Assembly (NCBI GenBank): GCA_963665325.3
Contig: OZ224045.1
Location: 960,001 to 1,024,000 of the forward strand
Direction of reading: 5' to 3'
DNA from: Alphaproteobacteria bacterium
GTDB lineage: Bacteria > Pseudomonadota > Alphaproteobacteria > Bin95
Length of the DNA: 64,000 bases
Shown: positions 60,843 to 64,000 of the stretch, in pieces
Layout: each line of letters starts with the position of its first letter
How positions within the stretch are numbered: the first letter of the stretch is position 1
Made by a program: the position numbers and the translations under genes
Notes under the pieces: generated by a model
Database searches by the model: none
What the model was told of the DNA's origin: nothing
What the model saw: only the letters and a program-made list of their open reading frames with translations

Positions 60843-61595
60843 ATGGGTTGCATGGATCGCGAATACGGGCCGGGCGGCTGGATCGGCATCGGGGTGCCGC
60901 AGGCGAACCCGACGGTCGAGGCGGAGATGCGCCGGTTCATGCGGCCCGACGCGGAAATCCTCACCTCCCGTCTGGTGAGCCGCGCGCCGACCTCCGTAGA
61001 GCGGTTGATCGATTATTACGACCGGCTCGACCGCACCCTGGACAGCTACGATGTGCTGCGGCCCGATGTCTACGGCTTTGCCTGCACCGGGTCTTCCTAT
61101 CTCGTCGGCGCGGAGCGGGAAGCGGAGATCGTCGCCGGGGCGGAAGCGCGGCTCGGTTGCCCGTTCGTCACGGCCGCGCAGGCCATTCTGGACGCGCTGG
61201 AGGCCTTGGGCGTGGAGCGCGTCGCGCTGCTGGCGCCCTACCCGGCGGAGATCGTCGAAGCAGGGGTCGCCTATTGGCGCGCCGCAGGGCTCTCCATCGT
61301 CCAGACCATGGCCATCGACCTCAACTCGCAGGACACGCGCCGGATTTACGGGCTCCGCAGCTCGGATGCCCTCGCTGCGCTGGACGCCGGCGTATCCGAC
61401 GATGCCGAGGCGCTGCTGATGAGCGGAACCGGAATGCCGACGCTGGCCGCGCTGGGGCCGGCTGCAGCGCGGATCGGCCGGCCAGTCCTGTCATCCAACT
61501 ACTGCCTTGCCTGGGCCTTGCGCCGGGCTCTGGGCGAGGATGTCGGCCTCCGGTCTGCCGACAACGGCCCCGCACTCCTTCAGCCGGGGCAGTAG
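60843..61595 (+). CDS. Maleate isomerase/arylmalonate decarboxylase (Asp/Glu racemase superfamily) protein
   Basis: GVPQANPTVEAE, FACTGSS, LLAPYP, MSGTG, PVLSSN. Start may be 60852. Confidence 0.82.
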   Translation: MGCMDREYGPGGWIGIGVPQANPTVEAEMRRFMRPDAEILTSRLVSRAPTSVERLIDYYDRLDRTLDSYDVLRPDVYGFACTGSSYLVGAEREAEIVAGAEARLGCPFVTAAQAILDALEALGVERVALLAPYPAEIVEAGVAYWRAAGLSIVQTMAIDLNSQDTRRIYGLRSSDALAALDAGVSDDAEALLMSGTGMPTLAALGPAAARIGRPVLSSNYCLAWALRRALGEDVGLRSADNGPALLQPGQ

Positions 61596-61622
61596 GCTCC
61601 CGGCGGCAGGACGATCCCGCCT

Positions 61623-62852
61623 CTATATCACCCCGCGTTCCTTCAGGTCGGCCACCGCCGCCACATCGAGGGCGAGGAGCCGTTCGAACACCTCCCGGTT
61701 GTGGTGGCCGAGTTTCGCGCCGCCTTCGAGCTTCGGCAGGTCGCCGCCGGAGAACTTGACCGGGAATCCCGAGACGATCCCGTGTTCCACCGGCTCGTCC
61801 GAATCCTGCCTGTACATCGGCTTGAGCGTGCCGCGGGCGCGAAAATGCTCGTCCTCAATCGCTTCGGAAATCGTGCGGACCCGCGCAACCGGCACGCCTG
61901 CCGCCTGGAGGAGCGCGATGCCTTCCGCGCAGCTGTATGCGCCCAGGCGCGCTTGGATCTCCTGCCGCAATGCGTCGATGTTCGCTTCCCTGTCTTCCGG
62001 GGTTGCGAAACGCGGCTCCTCCAGAAGCGCGGAGGCGTCGAGCGCGCCCAGCAGGGCACGGAGCCGCAGCGACAAGCCGACCGTGATAATCACGTCGCCG
62101 TCGGTGAGTCGGTAAAGGCCGGTCACATCGTTCCGGCTGTCATTGCCGGCGCGGACCGGTTGTCCCTCCTGCAGCACATACTCCATGGGTTCCATGAACA
62201 TGAGGGTTGCGAGCGTGTCGATCATCGAAGCGTCGAGATATTGCCCCTCGCCCGTCCGTTCCTTGTTCCGAAGGGCCCCTAGGATCGAATAGGCGGCGTA
62301 GAGCGGCGTCACCAGGTCGCCGACGAACACGCCGATCCGCGTCGGTGGGCCGTCCGCCGAACCGTTCATGTCCATGATGCCTGACATGGCCTGGATCTGG
62401 TGGTCGTGCGCGGGCAGGTCCTTGTAAGGGCCGGTCTGGCCGTAGCCGGCGATGGAGCAATAGACGATGCCCGGATTGACGGCGGAAACATCCTCGTATC
62501 CGAGGCCGAGCCGCTTCATCGAGCCGGGCGAAAGATTTTCCACCACCACGTCGGACTGTTTCGCCATCTCGAGGAACATCCGGCGCCCCTCCGGGTCCTT
62601 CAGGTTCAGCGTGACACTCTTCACGCCCTCGGAGCGCTTCAGGAACCGGATCGAGAGGTCGTCCTCCGTTTGCCGCTCTGCATGGATGCCCTTCGGTCCG
62701 TGAAAGGGGCCGGCGCCGCGGATGGGTTCTCCCGCGCCCGGCGCCTCGACCTTGATGACCTCCGCGCCGAAGCGCGCGAGCGTCATGCTGAGGAACGGGC
62801 CGGCCAGGAACACCGTAACCGATAGCACACGGATGTCGTCGAGGGGTTTCAT
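61623..62852 (-). CDS. Family III CoA-transferase (CaiB/BaiF)
   Basis: LDDIRVL...AGPF, GAEVIKVE, ENLSPG, VGDL catalytic Asp. Confidence 0.9.
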   Translation of the reverse strand: MKPLDDIRVLSVTVFLAGPFLSMTLARFGAEVIKVEAPGAGEPIRGAGPFHGPKGIHAERQTEDDLSIRFLKRSEGVKSVTLNLKDPEGRRMFLEMAKQSDVVVENLSPGSMKRLGLGYEDVSAVNPGIVYCSIAGYGQTGPYKDLPAHDHQIQAMSGIMDMNGSADGPPTRIGVFVGDLVTPLYAAYSILGALRNKERTGEGQYLDASMIDTLATLMFMEPMEYVLQEGQPVRAGNDSRNDVTGLYRLTDGDVIITVGLSLRLRALLGALDASALLEEPRFATPEDREANIDALRQEIQARLGAYSCAEGIALLQAAGVPVARVRTISEAIEDEHFRARGTLKPMYRQDSDEPVEHGIVSGFPVKFSGGDLPKLEGGAKLGHHNREVFERLLALDVAAVADLKERGVI

Positions 62853-62927
62853 TCGGAGATTTCCGGTAGCGGATGAAGTCGTGCCGGCACGCAAACGAGG
62901 CTCCAGCGGCCTGCCGGCGCAATACGA

Positions 62928-63815
62928 TTATGCTGGCTGCGCCACCCGGGCCGGATCGCCGGTGTCGAGCGTGGTGACGCGGCGCATCTCCCGGCGGTGC
63001 ACGGTGTCCTCGTAGGGGCAGGCGCGGTGCATGGTGGCGCGGTTGTCCCAGATCACGAAATCCCCGTCCCGCCAGGAATGGCGGTACACCAACTCGGGCC
63101 GGGTCGCGTGCTCTGTGAGCTCGCGGATGAGAAGCCGGCCTTCGGGGATGGGCCGGTCGAGTATCCGCGAGGCATGCGAGGCGAGGTAGAGGGCCCGGCG
63201 TCCGGTTCTCGGGTTGGTCAGTACCAGCGGATGAATGGCGCCCTTGAGCCGGTCCCGCTCCTCCTCGGAGAACTCGAAGCCGAGCGTCATCCGCGAGTGC
63301 GCGATGGAATGATGCACGCGGAGGCCTTCCAGTCCTGCCCTCGTCTCCTCCGGCAGCGTGTCGTATGCGGTGCGCATGTCCGCAAACTCGGTGTCGGCCG
63401 GCACCGGCGGCACCACGAGGGCAGCGAGCATGGAATAACGGCCCCGCGGGTCCTGGAACGAGGCGTCGGTGTGCCAGAGCCGGTTGCCGAGACTGTAGAG
63501 GCGCTTGCGGCTGTTCGCGTCCAGCACCTCCCCGCCCGCACCGACATTCGACACATCGGAGAGCGCGTTATCGCCGAAGCGGTTCTTCTCGAGAACGCTG
63601 ATGCCGGTCTTGCGGTGGAGTTCCCCGTCGAGCCGGGTGGCGAAACCGAGTTGCTCCTCGTTCGCGAATGCCTGGTCCCGGAAGACGAGCACGGCATGTT
63701 CGTCCATGGCCGCCCGGATTCCCTCGAGGGCCTCCTCCTCATGCACGCGGCGGAGATCGACCGGGCTCGCCTCGGCGGCGAAATGCGGGTGAAGCTTTCG
63801 GAACCGGAGTGTCAT
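62928..63815 (-). CDS. TauD/TfdA family Fe(II)/2-oxoglutarate dioxygenase
   Basis: WHTD, TEFADMR, WDNRATMHR facial triad. Confidence 0.92.
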   Translation of the reverse strand: MTLRFRKLHPHFAAEASPVDLRRVHEEEALEGIRAAMDEHAVLVFRDQAFANEEQLGFATRLDGELHRKTGISVLEKNRFGDNALSDVSNVGAGGEVLDANSRKRLYSLGNRLWHTDASFQDPRGRYSMLAALVVPPVPADTEFADMRTAYDTLPEETRAGLEGLRVHHSIAHSRMTLGFEFSEEERDRLKGAIHPLVLTNPRTGRRALYLASHASRILDRPIPEGRLLIRELTEHATRPELVYRHSWRDGDFVIWDNRATMHRACPYEDTVHRREMRRVTTLDTGDPARVAQPA

Positions 63816-64000
63816 GGCCGCCTCCCACCATGTGAAGGCCGTTGCGGGCCCGTTTCGATCGGGAGGCCGGGATCGGGGGCCCAATCTCCCATCGAGCCGT
63901 CATAGAGGGTGAGGTCGTCGTAACCGAGCTGGTGGAGAAGGAACAGGCCGACAGTGGCGGAGATGCCGCCGCCGCAATAGGCAACGACATGGCGATCCCG
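63812..64000 (-). CDS. Rhodanese/SseA-type sulfurtransferase, C-terminal part (truncated by window)
   Basis: Manual translation RDRHVVAYCGGGISAT...LYDGSMGDW...LPIETG. ATGA overlap with TauD. Confidence 0.85.
   Translation of the reverse strand, partial: RDRHVVAYCGGGISATVGLFLLHQLGYDDLTLYDGSMGDWAPDPGLPIETGPQRPSHGGRRP

Overview
High-GC (about 68-70% by eye) Alphaproteobacterium, probably Rhodospirillales-like (inferred from the tRNA-Tyr/Gly-tuf-tRNA-Trp-secE-nusG arrangement and a ribosomal superoperon lacking rpsD/infA/rpmJ). The centre (21.6-53.3 kb) is the conserved translation/transcription superoperon with two tuf copies; secY carries a 1-nt frameshift, probably an assembly error. The left flank (1-21 kb) is catabolic and accessory: three PIN-toxin TA modules, tRNA-Arg, a SelD fusion and an operon containing a selenoprotein that the ORF track splits in two (in-frame TGA in a U-G-S-C-x-x-C motif followed by a SECIS-like hairpin). 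Two of the TA modules lie between duplicated copies of the 3' end of the neighbouring gene (33 bp perfect; 135 bp at about 81%) with no recombinase in the window, suggesting minimal cassettes that insert at gene ends. The right flank (53.4-64 kb) encodes EamA, a gamma-glutamyltransferase, the N-methylglutamate methylamine pathway (mgsABC, gmaS, interrupted by a Uma2 gene), an AMDase-like enzyme with an inverted Cys/Gly active-site pattern, and a sulfurtransferase-TauD-CoA transferase cluster. All calls come from reading sequence and motifs; no database searches were run.
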